A stretch of 64,000 bases of DNA from Dehalococcoidia bacterium (lineage in GTDB: Bacteria; Chloroflexota; Dehalococcoidia; Bin125), in NCBI GenBank assembly GCA_963662615.2, contig CAXXSR010000001.1:864001-928000 (forward strand), given 5' to 3'. Position numbers and translations under genes: made by a program. The notes under the pieces are model-generated. The model did no database searches, was not told the DNA's origin, and saw only the letters and a list, made by a program, of their open reading frames with translations. The stretch's first letter is position 1. Each line of letters begins with the position of its first letter. This document shows, piece by piece, positions 40,126 through 50,749 of this stretch.

Positions 40126-40336
40126 GGCCGGTAGCGCGCCGGCGCCCAGCGGTCGCAAGGGGAAAAACAGGCAGCTATGGGCAACGATTCGCGAGTGCCG
40201 GGGCTCCATCTTCCTGGCCAGCGCGGTGTCGGCTTTAGATCGAGGGCGGATGACCGCTCTGGACGACGCCCCCCCGCAGGGCGACGAGATCGGCGATTTC
40301 AGCCCGGTGGCCCGGTCTCTTCTTCGTGCGGGGTGT

Positions 40337-40384
40337 TGGAGCGGGAGACGGGGTTCGAACCCGCGACCCTCTGCTTGGGAAGCA
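40337..40384 (-). other. tRNA-Gly(CCC) 3'-half, att-site scar
   Basis: TGCTTCCCAAGCAGAGGGTCGCGGGTTCGAACCCCGTCTCCCGCTCCA; no 5' half. Confidence 0.85.
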
Positions 40385-40609
40385 CGATACGAGGGCAGGG
40401 CCAGGGGCTGGAGGGTGAGACCTTAGCAACGGATCATGAAGATGACGCGCTGTTCGGGCAGGGATGCTGCCGTGCGATCCGCATGGTCGCTGTAGCGGAG
40501 AGCGCCCCCCATCGCGACCCGACCAGAGGTGGTGGCGCACCGAGCCCTGGCCGCCCTGCCTGTGGCACGCGTTGCTGCGTAAGCGCTGGGGCACTTGTTC
40601 TATCCCACG

Positions 40610-40830
40610 ATCGCAGTTTCACCGTGAGCTGCGAGGGTGACGTGTACTACTGGGAACATCTCGGAATGTTCGCGGTGCCCGAGTACCGCGAACGCTGGGA
40701 GCGCAAGCGCCAGCGGTAAGAAGCCAACGGCCCCCCGCCGCAACTCATCACGTGCGAAGATTCACCTGATGGAGCGATCGACGTGCAGTCGATCGCGGAA
40801 GCTGCTCGTCGACGAATACTTGAGGGTCAG
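40610..40830 (+). pseudogene. C-terminal nuclease-like remnant (RecD-like helicase type)
   Basis: FTV..YYWEHLGM..PEYRERWERK followed by an in-frame stop. Confidence 0.5.
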
Positions 40831-40937
40831 CGAGATTGCGGCTTCCTCGGCTACAGCACTGCCCCAGTGCCTACCACACTCGTACGCTGGGCGCGGGGTG
40901 GCTCGTGAATCGCCACCCGGAGGGCGCGCCGGGCCCT

Positions 40938-41700
40938 TCAGGCGCGCTCGGCACCGGGCACGAATCGCTCGAACTGTTCGTAGCCGGCTCTCGCGAGCGT
41001 ATCGGCCACTTTGCGAGCTTGCGCCTTGAGTTCGGGATGCTCGGAGACCTGAGCGAGGATGGTCTCGGCAGAAACAAGGTACGGCTCGTGCCACTCGTGC
41101 TCGTTCTGCCTGACCACGATCTCAAGGACTTCCAACGCCATCTCCGGAAGGTCGCCAGAGGCTTCGGCTACTTGGGCCATCATGTCGTCGAGAGGAACGA
41201 AGAGATCGGAGGACGACTCGGTGGCCGCGCCCAGGGCCTTCGGTACGCGTGGTGCCCACCACTCCACAGGGAACGCGCCGGCGGCCACGAACCATCCGAG
41301 CGCGCGCAACTCGGTCCTGTCCAGCCCGTCGCGCTCCACATGTTGTTCACCCCACTCGAAGAACTCTTGTGCAAGGACAAGTGTGGAGTCCCAGTTAATC
41401 GCGTCACGGTTCCTGACCGCATTCTTCAAGCCGCGCAGGGCCGCGGTAACAACTGTCCGGTTGACATCCGCAAACGATGCGGCGGCCGCTGAGAACTCAG
41501 TTGGGCGTTGATTGTCCAGCAGCCTGTGCACACGATCCTAGGTTCCTGCCGACTCGTTCTCCAGCGCCTCCTGAAAGCCCTCTTCTATCTCGACCGTGAA
41601 CGGTGGCATCGCTGGATTGATTCTCTGAGAGAGGCGGTCCCACCGCCCGCCGTGATCCGTGCCAACGCCTTGTCAGATTGCGTGCGCATGCCCTGATCGA
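40938..41700 (-). pseudogene. C-terminal remnant of a large helical protein, lower GC
   Basis: 197-aa ORF without a clear start (ELRALGWFVAAG..FPVEW). Confidence 0.35.
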
Positions 41701-42252
41701 GAGCCCTGCTGTGCTGAGAGCCCGGATACTGTCTCGGTCGTAGAGCGCGCGCCACACGCTCCAGCACACTACGCGGTGCTGCTGTCATGCTTGTTCCTGC
41801 TTCCCTTACGCCTTGCTCCTTGTGCCTTGCAGCGCCGACAGGCGCCATCCGATACCATACGGCGAAGCGCCCCCGCTAGTACCGTTTGGGTAAACTGCGA
41901 TATGATCCCCATACCTAAGCCAGGGGCCGGGAGTCTTGGATTGGAACGTCATAGGTGCGTCCTCGCGCGACCCTCCCGGCGTCCTCTCTGTCCGACTCAC
42001 GAGACACGGCGGCGGCCGCGGAGGTCATGAAGTGGGCATAATTTGTTGGCTCCAAATGGGCCATGCACCTGTACTGACTATCGAGGCGGTCGATTTGCAG
42101 GGCCATGCCAGGGTGTGGTAGTCGTCCGCTAGCATTCGCAAGACCAAGCGTGGGGTATTGCTGTCGTTTCATGGTGATGCCCGGAACGAGCCAACGGAGA
42201 CGACAACTCGCCTGGCAAGACGGCCGGCAAGCTGGTTTGCGGAGGATCCCGT

Positions 42253-43428
42253 ATGACGACGTCTCGTAAGGTTGTGTTCGTCCTTCTTGCCTTCTCGCTT
42301 CTGGCGATGGGAATCCTCCTCTCCCCGCTTGGCGACTCCCAGGCGGAGGCGCAGGATTCTGGCGGGACGCCGGAGCCATCCCAGGAGACGACGCCGATAG
42401 ACCCCGAGGTGGTTCGCATCGGGGCGGTGCACCCGCTGACCGGGGACGGGGCCGTGTACGGGCTGCCCGTGCAGCGCGTCATCGAGCGAGCGGTGCGCGA
42501 TCTCAATGAGGAGTGGGCTGAGCAGGACAGGCGGCTGGAGGTGGTCTTCGCGGATGGGCAGTGCACCGCTGCCGACGCCCTAGCCGCGGCACGCCGATTG
42601 GTGGAAGAGGACGGCGTGCGGGTTATCTATGGCGGCACCTGTTCCGGTGAGGTCCTCGGCATGGCCCCGTACGTCGAGACGAATCGCGTGCTGCTGCTCT
42701 CCCCCCTCGCCTCCAGTGACGAGATCACCGGCGCCGGCGACTACATCTTCAGGAACACGCCGACCAATTCCGCTCAGGTCGACGCCATGCTGGCCTTCCT
42801 GGGCTCCGAGGATTACCGGCGCTTCGCGCTGCTGACGGCGGACACGGCCTACGCCCAGGACCTGCGCCGATCGTACGTGGCGGGGATGCCGGGGATTGGC
42901 GGGACCGTCGTGGCCGACGAGGTCGTGGGCGCGGACGAGGTCACGGACCTCGCGGCGGCGGTCGGGAGGATCGCCGCGGCGCAGCCCGATGCCGTGATCG
43001 TCCTGCCGCAGACCATCCCGGGCGCCACCCGCTTCACCGCCGCGCTGCACACAGCCGGCGTCACGGCGCAGGGCATTGGGAGCGACGTCGTCGGTGTCGC
43101 CGACGATGAGTCCACGCGCGGGTACTACGTCCCGGTCGGGACCTTCAAGGGCGAGGGAACGGCCGAGTTCCTGGCCCTGCAGGACGAGACGGACTGCGAC
43201 CTCTCGTACTACTGCGCCACGACCTACGACGGGATCTTCCTGCTGGGCGAGGCGCTTGCGCGTTGTGGGGACGACACGAGCTGTCTGCGGGGCTTCCTGT
43301 ACGGCACGCAGGGGTGGGACGGGAAGTTCTACGGCTCCCTCTCGTTCGATGCCCACGGCGACATCGCCACCGCCGGCGCGTTCCGGATCGATCGCCTCGC
43401 GGACGCGGCGGCGGTACCGGCGAACTGA
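42253..43428 (+). CDS. LivJ-like ABC substrate-binding protein, orphan
   Basis: Signal peptide; IGAVHPLTG, YGGTCSGE, DYIFRNTP, SFDAHGD; GGAGG RBS. Confidence 0.85.
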   Translation: MTTSRKVVFVLLAFSLLAMGILLSPLGDSQAEAQDSGGTPEPSQETTPIDPEVVRIGAVHPLTGDGAVYGLPVQRVIERAVRDLNEEWAEQDRRLEVVFADGQCTAADALAAARRLVEEDGVRVIYGGTCSGEVLGMAPYVETNRVLLLSPLASSDEITGAGDYIFRNTPTNSAQVDAMLAFLGSEDYRRFALLTADTAYAQDLRRSYVAGMPGIGGTVVADEVVGADEVTDLAAAVGRIAAAQPDAVIVLPQTIPGATRFTAALHTAGVTAQGIGSDVVGVADDESTRGYYVPVGTFKGEGTAEFLALQDETDCDLSYYCATTYDGIFLLGEALARCGDDTSCLRGFLYGTQGWDGKFYGSLSFDAHGDIATAGAFRIDRLADAAAVPAN

Positions 43429-43955
43429 CGGCGCCCGCTGCATCGCCCCGCGGCATCCGGATGGTGCCGACCGGCTTCAGCCCCGACGCGGCACGGTTGC
43501 TTCTGGCATCCGCCGTCGCTACCGACGATCTGCCGTTCATCAAGCGAGTCGCCTATGGAATCGCGGCGAATGCGCGAGTTTAGTATCGCTCTCTCAGAGA
43601 GCGCAGGCACCCTTCAGCGTGTGTGGCTCGCCGTCGATTCGGAAGTCTTGCCTCCTAACTTATCGTTACCTTTCTGATCGCCACGTTGATGGCTGTTGCT
43701 GTTTCCCTGCTCACGCCACGGCCATCTAAAGAGGTCGTGAACCTCTTCGACAGGGTCAACGCTGAGTCTCCCGCGTGATGCGCCCGGCGACGAGGGGTTA
43801 AGGGATCACCCTCCCCTACGGGAAGGCGGGCCTGCGGGGGGCCGTTGTGTCACCCTGTCGGCGCGGCGGTATTTCCCGAGTGAGCATTTACGGAGCCGCG
43901 CGAGAGCTCTCGATCCTCGATGCATCCGGCAGCCCATCAAACCAGAGTCGCACTC

Positions 43956-44453
43956 CTAAGTGAGTTCCGCTACCGCGAAGGTCACGGAGAAGGCACGGCA
44001 GTAAATCACGGCGGCGCGAAACGAGGCCGGATCGACGTCCGCTGGCACTTCGTAGTTCACGAAGCCGCTCGTCGCCCGGATGGCACCGAGGTTGACGGCG
44101 CCGTCCGCGTGCGCGTCGCCCCCGGGATCGGGTGTCAGGTAGACGAACAGGTCCGGCCCGTTTCGCACCGAGTACTCCTGGAAGCGCAGGATCAAGTTGC
44201 CGTTAGGATCGCTCACCAGCAGCACGTCGCCGCTCCCTGTGTGGAACGTATCCGTCCCCATGAGCACGCCGCTCGAGATCAGTCTGCCCATCCCCTCAGC
44301 ATCGGCCGCGGAATCGGCTGCGGAATCGGCTGCGGTTTTGGCCGCGCTGGACGTGTCCATCAGTGTGGCCTCGCCCGTCAGCGCGCCCTCCTCAGCCGCC
44401 GTCATCGCATCAGGCACGATAGGCATGGCAGTAACAGCGTCGTCTCCTTCCGC
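43956..44453 (-). pseudogene. DM13-domain protein, 5' end cut by the duplication boundary
   Basis: HTGSG, NGPDLFVYL, NYEVP, VIYCRAFSVTFAVAEL. Confidence 0.8.
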
Positions 44454-44529
44454 CGCGTCTGGGCCGGCTTCGAGACGCCCGACGCCATCGCGCGCGCGGC
44501 GACCGCCAGCTTGCTCGGACCGCCGCGGC

Positions 44530-44688
44530 TCAGCGCGGCTTGGGGAACGCTCGCCCGGTGGCCGCGTTGGTCACGCGGGTCCCGCGCGCCAACGCCCGCT
44601 GGTGCGTTCCGCAGAGGCTTCGGGACGGCGCCGCCGCTGGGCGGGAGCATTGCGTGCCCCGGGCGGTCCGCGCTTTGCACTGGGCCAT
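44530..44688 (-). CDS. 52-aa CCCH zinc-finger-like protein, copy 2
   Basis: Identical to 37081-37239. Confidence 0.6.
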   Translation of the reverse strand: MAQCKARTARGTQCSRPAAAPSRSLCGTHQRALARGTRVTNAATGRAFPKPR

Positions 44689-44843
44689 TGCGTTCCCTCC
44701 TTCGCTGCCAATCCGCTACGTCGGCGACAATGATGACAGATCGATAAGGCGCGGGGGAGCTTGGCATCGACCCAGACGGGCCGTGGGGTCGTCGTGCTCT
44801 GCCCGTCACGCGATCCGCGCCTGGCGCCAGACCAACGAAGAGA

Positions 44844-45275
44844 CTAGGGGCGATCGCGATCGCGGCCTCCACGTTGCTGCCCCGCGACGAAGGTGGCGCC
44901 GACGGTGGTGCAGGCGTAGACGACCTGGATCGCAATCGTCCCGGCGATGGCGAGCAGCAGGGTGAGGGTTGCGACATCGCTGCGCTGCCCGCGCAGCGGA
45001 CGCCGCGTCAGCGCGCGGGAGATGACGAACAGGGTCGTCAGCATGGCGGTCCAGCGCAGACCGGTCCCGCCGGGATTGCCGGTGACTTCCATCAGCGCTC
45101 CGAGCAGGAAGACGAGGGGGGAGGCGATGATGACGGTTCGCCAGCCAGTGTCGTCCCACGCGCTGCGGAGCGCGCCGACGGAGTATTGGCTGCGCTGCTG
45201 ATGACGCGAGATGACTGTTTCCTTTTCGCGCGAGCACGGTTGGTTCGAGAGCGGCGGCGTGCGCTCAGGTGGCAT
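44844..45275 (-). CDS. membrane protein (WDDT motif), copy 2
   Basis: Identical to 37395-37826. Confidence 0.5.
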   Translation of the reverse strand: MPPERTPPLSNQPCSREKETVISRHQQRSQYSVGALRSAWDDTGWRTVIIASPLVFLLGALMEVTGNPGGTGLRWTAMLTTLFVISRALTRRPLRGQRSDVATLTLLLAIAGTIAIQVVYACTTVGATFVAGQQRGGRDRDRP

Positions 45276-46134
45276 CGTCACGGTTTCGGTTGAGGCACTT
45301 GGCGATCGGTGGCGCGACGATGGCACAGCCGGCGGCGATGCCCGTGGTGAAGACGATCCAGGGCCAGTAGAGCTCCTGTCCACCCCACGAAGCGGCGCCG
45401 ACGCCGCTGGCTTCTGCGCCGTATTCGAGCCACCACGTCAGGACGATGAACAGCGCGAGCGCTACGTTGAGCGGGCTCGCGATGGGCCCGCTGAAACCTC
45501 GGCCGACGACCCAGCGGGCGATCAACGCGAGCACCGTCGCGATCACGCCCCAGGAGAACGACGGGGCGGGCACGGACGCGTTCGCCGCCCAGCCGACCAT
45601 CTCGGCGGTGAAGAAGAGGATCGCGAAGAGCAACGCCCAGGCGACCAGCGGTCGCCTGGCATAGGGGGCGAGCGCGCGGGCGGCCAGCACGCTGCCCATC
45701 AGCACGAGCGAGAACGGCCAGTAGATGGCGTGTGCGGCGAACGTGTCGCCGATCGAGGTGAACCAGAACAGCGACTCGGCGGACAGGAGGGCGACAAGGC
45801 CGAGTAGCAGGCTGAGGTTTTCGGGATCGTTCAGCTCGCCACGTAAGGGGCGCATGGTCAGGGCTCGCCCGATGGCGAGCAGCGTGACGATCGAGGCGAC
45901 CCAGCCGATGCCAGGCTCGACAGCGACTGCCCAGATCACCAGTTCGAGCAGGAAGATCAGCGCTGCGGTGATGATCGCGGCGCGCCAGGCGGTGTCATCC
46001 CAGACGCGGCGCGCGACACCAAGCGGATCATTGCGCAGTTCCTCATGACGCAGCACGGGATCTCCCTTCGCGTGCGCGGTTCTCGGTCGGGCGGATCGTA
46101 GCCCTTTGGAGACGCAGAGCGCGCTTGCCGTCAC
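45265..46134 (-). CDS. polytopic membrane protein, hypothetical (true start probably near 46056)
   Basis: About 8 hydrophobic segments. Confidence 0.65.
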   Translation of the reverse strand: MTASALCVSKGLRSARPRTAHAKGDPVLRHEELRNDPLGVARRVWDDTAWRAAIITAALIFLLELVIWAVAVEPGIGWVASIVTLLAIGRALTMRPLRGELNDPENLSLLLGLVALLSAESLFWFTSIGDTFAAHAIYWPFSLVLMGSVLAARALAPYARRPLVAWALLFAILFFTAEMVGWAANASVPAPSFSWGVIATVLALIARWVVGRGFSGPIASPLNVALALFIVLTWWLEYGAEASGVGAASWGGQELYWPWIVFTTGIAAGCAIVAPPIAKCLNRNRDDAT

Positions 46135-46489
46135 CGCGACCTCCGATGTGGGCGCAATGTGTGACGCGGCTGCGGATCCGCAGGCAGGCCAGCCTCAGCG
46201 AAGTCTGCATCGCGGTGCTGATGCCGTGGCGCGTCTGGCGGGCGTTCTCACGCCCCAGCGCGAAGCGGCACCCATGCCGAACGGGGTTTGCAATGCTCGA
46301 ACGTGAAGTCATCGACCAGAGCAACGTCGGCGCCGCTGTGGATCTCCAGTCTGCTGCCGGGAGGCGGCTGGTCCATGCCGGTGTGGCTGCGACTCAGCCA
46401 GATCAATCTCCCGGATGGGACGGTCCAGGCGGCGGCGGCGGCTTTGGCGGCGTCGTAAGTGGCTGCGTAGCGGCGCACCGTCACCCTGC

Positions 46490-46940
46490 TCCGAAAGCAG
46501 AGGCTGTGCTGCCCGTGCGTGTGCCACCGCCCGACGTCGTTTCGCCGGGCTCAGAAGTTTCCCGAGGCCACCTCACGCAGGATCGAGTTGTCCAGCGCTT
46601 GCTCCGCGACCAGCTGCTTCAGCCGCGCGTTCTCGCGCTCCAGCTCCTTCAGCCGCTTCGCCTGGTCGACCCGCATCCCGCCGTACTCGAGACGCCAGCA
46701 GTAGTAGGTCTGCTCACTCATCCCGAGCTTGCGCACCGCCTGGCCCACCGTATCGCCCTGGGCGAGGTGGACCTCTGCCTCCCGCAGCTTGGCGATGATC
46801 TCCTCAGCTGCGTACCGCTTCCGCTTGCTCGCCCAGACGAGCTGTGGGGAACCGACGCCACACGCGCGTTCATTCACAAGAGGTATACGAGCTGAGAAAG
46901 CAACTGGTCGAACCTGTCTTCGGAATCATCAAGGTATCGA
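46490..46940. mobile_element. nested IS relics: IS3 orfA (-) plus fragments of other transposases (+)
   Basis: EEIIAKLREAE..LKELERENARLK..GNF; RPDELWGTDAT; RKQLVEPVFGIIK (IS1182-like). Confidence 0.75.
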
Positions 46941-47085
46941 TTGTCGTCCTCCGCCGTCTCGGGCTCGATGGTGGAGGCTCCCTCCTTGACGAAGACGCTC
47001 TCTCCGGGAGAGCTGCCAATCCCAAACAAACCGGCGGGTACGTCGGTTGCCAGGTCTACGGAAACTGTGTACGTCGCGTCCGCCG

Positions 47086-47994
47086 CTACTCATACCAGCC
47101 CGATCCAAATAGCAGCCCGTCATGCCGCACAATCCAAGTGTGTTTCTGACGGTTCTCGCCCGATTCCGGGTTGAGCAACACATAGTCGACCCAATGACCC
47201 GCCTCAGTGGCGCTCAGTAAGTCGTCGCCATAGAAATACCCCGTGGCGTCCACACGGAGGCTGGGATCACGCCCTCGAAACTGCGGGTTATGGTGGGCTA
47301 TCGTGTAGCCGTCTTGGTCGATGATGAAGACATACCACTGGCCGTCAACGATGATGAAGACATACCACTGGCCGTCAACGCTCTCCTGGGCGTTGTAGTA
47401 GGCGACCGTCTCCTCCAGGCCGAGGGCGACGTAGAGGTTCATGGCCTGCCGCACGAAGGTCTTGGTGTAGGCGGGGGCGTCGGACTTGGCGGGGCCGCGT
47501 TCGTACCAGCCGGAGCCGAAGGTAATGCCGTCGTGGATCACCACCCAGGAGTGCTTGGTCTCCACAACGCCAGAGGCGGGATTGGGATAGGTGTAGTCGA
47601 ACCAGGCGCCGTCCTGGTCGGCGGAGGCGGCGACGGCGGACCCTGTGGGGTAGGAGTTGGGTCCGAGAGCCTGGGAGACGTGCTTGCCCACGAGGTCGGG
47701 GTTGGGGGCATGAGCGATGATGGTCTGGTTCTCATCGGTGATGAAGACATACCACTGGCCGTCGACACTGTGGGGGGAGTTGAAAAAGGCGAGGGCGGCC
47801 TGGCGGCCCTGGGCATCGTAGCGCGCGAGGGCCTGCTGCACGAACCAGTGGGTATAGGCGCTGGGCTCGGCCTTGGAGGGGGGCGGTGCAGCGGCGGGAG
47901 CGGGAGCGGGATCATCGATAAGCGCGAGGATGGCGACGATCAACGCCGCCAGGGCGAGGGCCGCCGTGGTACCGATTGTGATTCGTCGCGCCAT
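47086..47994 (-). CDS. stand-alone protein with two Cache domains and an N-terminal anchor
   Basis: Two DGQWYVFI...K.W..HDG..FGSGWYE repeats. Confidence 0.8.
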   Translation of the reverse strand: MARRITIGTTAALALAALIVAILALIDDPAPAPAAAPPPSKAEPSAYTHWFVQQALARYDAQGRQAALAFFNSPHSVDGQWYVFITDENQTIIAHAPNPDLVGKHVSQALGPNSYPTGSAVAASADQDGAWFDYTYPNPASGVVETKHSWVVIHDGITFGSGWYERGPAKSDAPAYTKTFVRQAMNLYVALGLEETVAYYNAQESVDGQWYVFIIVDGQWYVFIIDQDGYTIAHHNPQFRGRDPSLRVDATGYFYGDDLLSATEAGHWVDYVLLNPESGENRQKHTWIVRHDGLLFGSGWYE

Positions 47995-48189
47995 TTCGTG
48001 TAGCTCCGCCCCATCCTCTGCCGGTGAAGCGGGCGGGGTCGCCCGCCGCGCACCGAGTATAGCCAGGCGCTGCCTCCAGATCGCGCACCGCGGGTATGTG
48101 CTCGACCAGGGCCGCGGCGAGCATCTACGCCGCGCTCGACACGCCGGCCTTCCACGCCTCCGGCCGCGTGTCCGCGGGGCTCTCGATCA

Positions 48190-49061
48190 CCTGATGCTGT
48201 GCGAGCGCCGCCCGCGCGTGACCGAGGTCGATCGTCTGCGCTGGGCGCCCCTCCGCCGTCGCTGGGCGGGCGGGCGCACGTCCCTGGTGATCCTCCATCC
48301 GGACACGGTCGGGCGTTGGCATCGCACCGGCTGGCGCCGGTTCTGGACCTGGAAGAGTCGCCCGCACCGGCCGGGGCGGCGGCGGATCCCGGTCGAGGCG
48401 CGGGATCTGATTCTCCGCCTTGCGCGGGAGAATCCGCGCTGGGGCGCGGTGCGCATCCGGGCCGAGCTGCGGACGCTCGGTTCCGACGTGAGTGCGAAGG
48501 CGGACCTTCCTCCCCAACCAGCGCGGCGTCATCTGGGCGGCGGACTGCTGCCCCGTCCCGACGCGCACGGTCGGGACGGTGTCCGTCTTCTTCATCATCG
48601 CGCATGCGCGGCGCCGCATCGAGGACGTCACCGTCACGGCCCATCCCACGGCGGCCTGGACCTGGCAGCAGATGATCGAGGCCACGGCCTGTAACCATCG
48701 CCCGCGCTCTCTGATCCGAGACCGCGACCGCGCCTACGGGCGCGACTGCGTGGCCCGGGCGCAGCGGCTTGGGAGTGAGACGATCTGGACACCGGTGCGG
48801 GCTCCGCATGCGAATGCCGTGGCCGAGCGCTGGATCGGGACGCTCCGACGCGCGTGCTCGCATCACATCATTCCGCTCAACGCGCGGCACCTGCAGCGGA
48901 TCATCCCAGAGTGCGTCGCCTCTTCCAACGAGACGCGTCCCCATCGGCCCCTCGACCTCCATCCGCCAGCCGGGCCGCGCGCGCCCCAGCGGCACGGGCG
49001 CGTCGTCGCGCCCCCGATGCTGGGAGGCCTCCATCATCGCGACGAACGGGCTGCTGCCTGA
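48190..49061 (+). pseudogene. degenerate DDE integrase-core IS transposase
   Basis: LARENPRWG..RI, IWAAD, LIRDRD, P.ANAVAERWIGTLRR, LGGLHH; frameshifted. Confidence 0.8.
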
Positions 49062-49070
49062 CGATCCGTA

Positions 49071-49277
49071 TTGTGTGGCCCGACAGCCGCTCTGGTGATC
49101 GATCAACTCATCGAAACCGCCGCCGAAGAGAACACGGAATGCATCGTCGTGAATCTCTCCGGTTCCGTCGCCAAGACCCTCCACTCCCTCAATGCTCTCA
49201 AGTGGGTTCCGGAAGAGCATTTCGTGGACACTCTGGACGAGGCGAGGCTGCTCGCCAAGAGCCTGCTCCACGACTGA
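49071..49277 (+). pseudogene. STAS-like C-terminal fragment (SulP type)
   Basis: TAALVIDQLI..IVVNLSGSVAKTL. Confidence 0.4.
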
Positions 49278-49389
49278 GATCACTGCGATCAATGCATGGT
49301 TCGTCGTCCGGCCAACTCGAAATATTCGCACGCGCCTCAGAGACTATTGAGGAAACCCGCCTGCCGGTTCTCAGGATGGGAACGGGGTC

Positions 49390-50283
49390 GTGAGCAGCCA
49401 AACGCAAGCATACCTGTACGCGGGAGGTGCGGTTCTCCTGTGGGCTACCGCCGCGTCGGCGTTCAAGGTGTCGCTGCGCTACGTCGAAGCGCCGCACATG
49501 CTGCTCTACGCGACGATCGTATCGACGCTGGTGCTGCTCGCCGTCGCGGCCTGGCAGCGCAAGCTGGGGCAGGCGCTGATCGGTTCGCCCAAGCAGTATC
49601 TGCGGTCGGCGGCGCTCGGCCTCCTCAACCCGTTCCTCTACTACCTCGTGCTGTTCGAGGCTTACGACCGTCTGCCCGCCCAAGAGGCGCAGTCGCTCAA
49701 CTATGCCTGGCCCATGGTGGTCGTGATCCTCTCGGTGCCGCTGCTCAAGCAGCCCCTGGGCAGGATCTCCCTGGCCGCGATCGCGGTGAGCTTCTGCGGC
49801 GTGCTCGTGATCGCGACGCGCGGCGACCTGCTGGCCTTTCGCGTGAGCGATCCGGTCGGCACGGCCCTGGCGGTCGGCAGCGCCTTCATTTGGGCCACGT
49901 TCTGGCTGACCAATGTCCGGGACGACCGCGATGCCGTCGTCAAGCTGCTGCTGAACTTCGCCTTCGGATTGGTGTTCGTTCTCGCCGCGGCCTACGCCCT
50001 GGCCGGCCCGCCGCCTCTGGACCTGCGCGGCATCGGAGGATCGGCGTACGTCGGCGTCTTCGAGATGGGCCTGACCTTCGTCCTCTGGATGCGCGCCCTC
50101 TCGCTCTCGCGGACGACCGCGCAGGTCAGCAACCTCGTCTACCTATCGCCGTTCCTCTCCCTCGTCTTCATCAGCGTCATCGTCGGAGAGACGATCCGGC
50201 CGTCGTCGGTACTCGGGCTGCTGCTCATTATCGGGGGCATCGTCATCCGCCGCTTCGACCGGACCGCGCCGCGACCGGTCTGA
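49390..50283 (+). CDS. EamA/DMT-family transporter
   Basis: About 10 TM; NPFLYY, LNYAWP, YLSPFLSL. Confidence 0.88.
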   Translation: MSSQTQAYLYAGGAVLLWATAASAFKVSLRYVEAPHMLLYATIVSTLVLLAVAAWQRKLGQALIGSPKQYLRSAALGLLNPFLYYLVLFEAYDRLPAQEAQSLNYAWPMVVVILSVPLLKQPLGRISLAAIAVSFCGVLVIATRGDLLAFRVSDPVGTALAVGSAFIWATFWLTNVRDDRDAVVKLLLNFAFGLVFVLAAAYALAGPPPLDLRGIGGSAYVGVFEMGLTFVLWMRALSLSRTTAQVSNLVYLSPFLSLVFISVIVGETIRPSSVLGLLLIIGGIVIRRFDRTAPRPV

Positions 50284-50357
50284 AGCACCGCTTCTTCCGA
50301 CCCGGCCCAAACCACCTTCATCGGTAGCGCGCCCTCACCAGCGCTCGCCTGGAAGGG

Positions 50358-50442
50358 TGGTTGGGAAGAGGAGACTCGAACTCCTACGCCTTGCGGCACA
50401 CGATCCTGAATCGTGCTCGTCTACCAGTTCCGACACTTCCCC
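50358..50442 (-). tRNA. tRNA-Leu(CAG)
   Basis: Cloverleaf with CACGA-TTCAGGA-TCGTG anticodon arm, long variable arm, TTCGA loop and CCA; G1:A72 mismatch. Confidence 0.92.
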
Positions 50443-50539
50443 ACGGCGCGGGGACCCACCTTCCGCAGCTTCTCGGCCCGGCGGCCTCTGCTCCGCGGCG
50501 CCCCGCCGGCAGCGACTCGCGTCCTCTCCAAGCGTGGTA

Positions 50540-50583
50540 GTGAGCCATGTAGGACTCAAACCTACAACCGGCTGATTAAGAGT
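50540..50583 (-). other. tRNA-Lys(CTT) 3'-half, att-site scar
   Basis: ACTCTTAATCAGCCGGTTGTAGGTTTGAGTCCTACATGGCTCAC; 5' half absent. Confidence 0.7.
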
Positions 50584-50749
50584 ATTCGCTTAATCGCCTT
50601 GGAAGTCTGATTCGCGTGCCCTCAGCTCGAGCCGGAGCCCCGCGCGCTTGACGACGCTCTAAACTGAGTTTGGTGGCTGGGGGCACGGATCGGGGAAGTC
50701 CTCCCGCGTGCGCGTTGGGTGGCAGCAGATTCCCTAGCAGGAGCGTGCA

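Larger units (their letters stand above)
44454..45634. repeat. 1181-bp direct repeat, copy 2
   Basis: Matches 37005-38185. Confidence 0.95.

Noticed and set aside
40337-40384. Gly and Lys sequences as functional tRNA genes
   Set aside because: No D-arm or 5' acceptor strand upstream
40717-40719. In-frame stop as a recoding site
   Set aside because: It is TAA within an obviously truncated remnant
37005-45634. Duplication as a DGR template/variable repeat pair or a composite transposon
   Set aside because: Only one mismatch, no reverse transcriptase, and no IRs or transposase in the repeat
48060-48120. LivF-like ATPase serving the orphan SBPs
   Set aside because: Only about 20 codons (IAHRGYVLDQGR) remain
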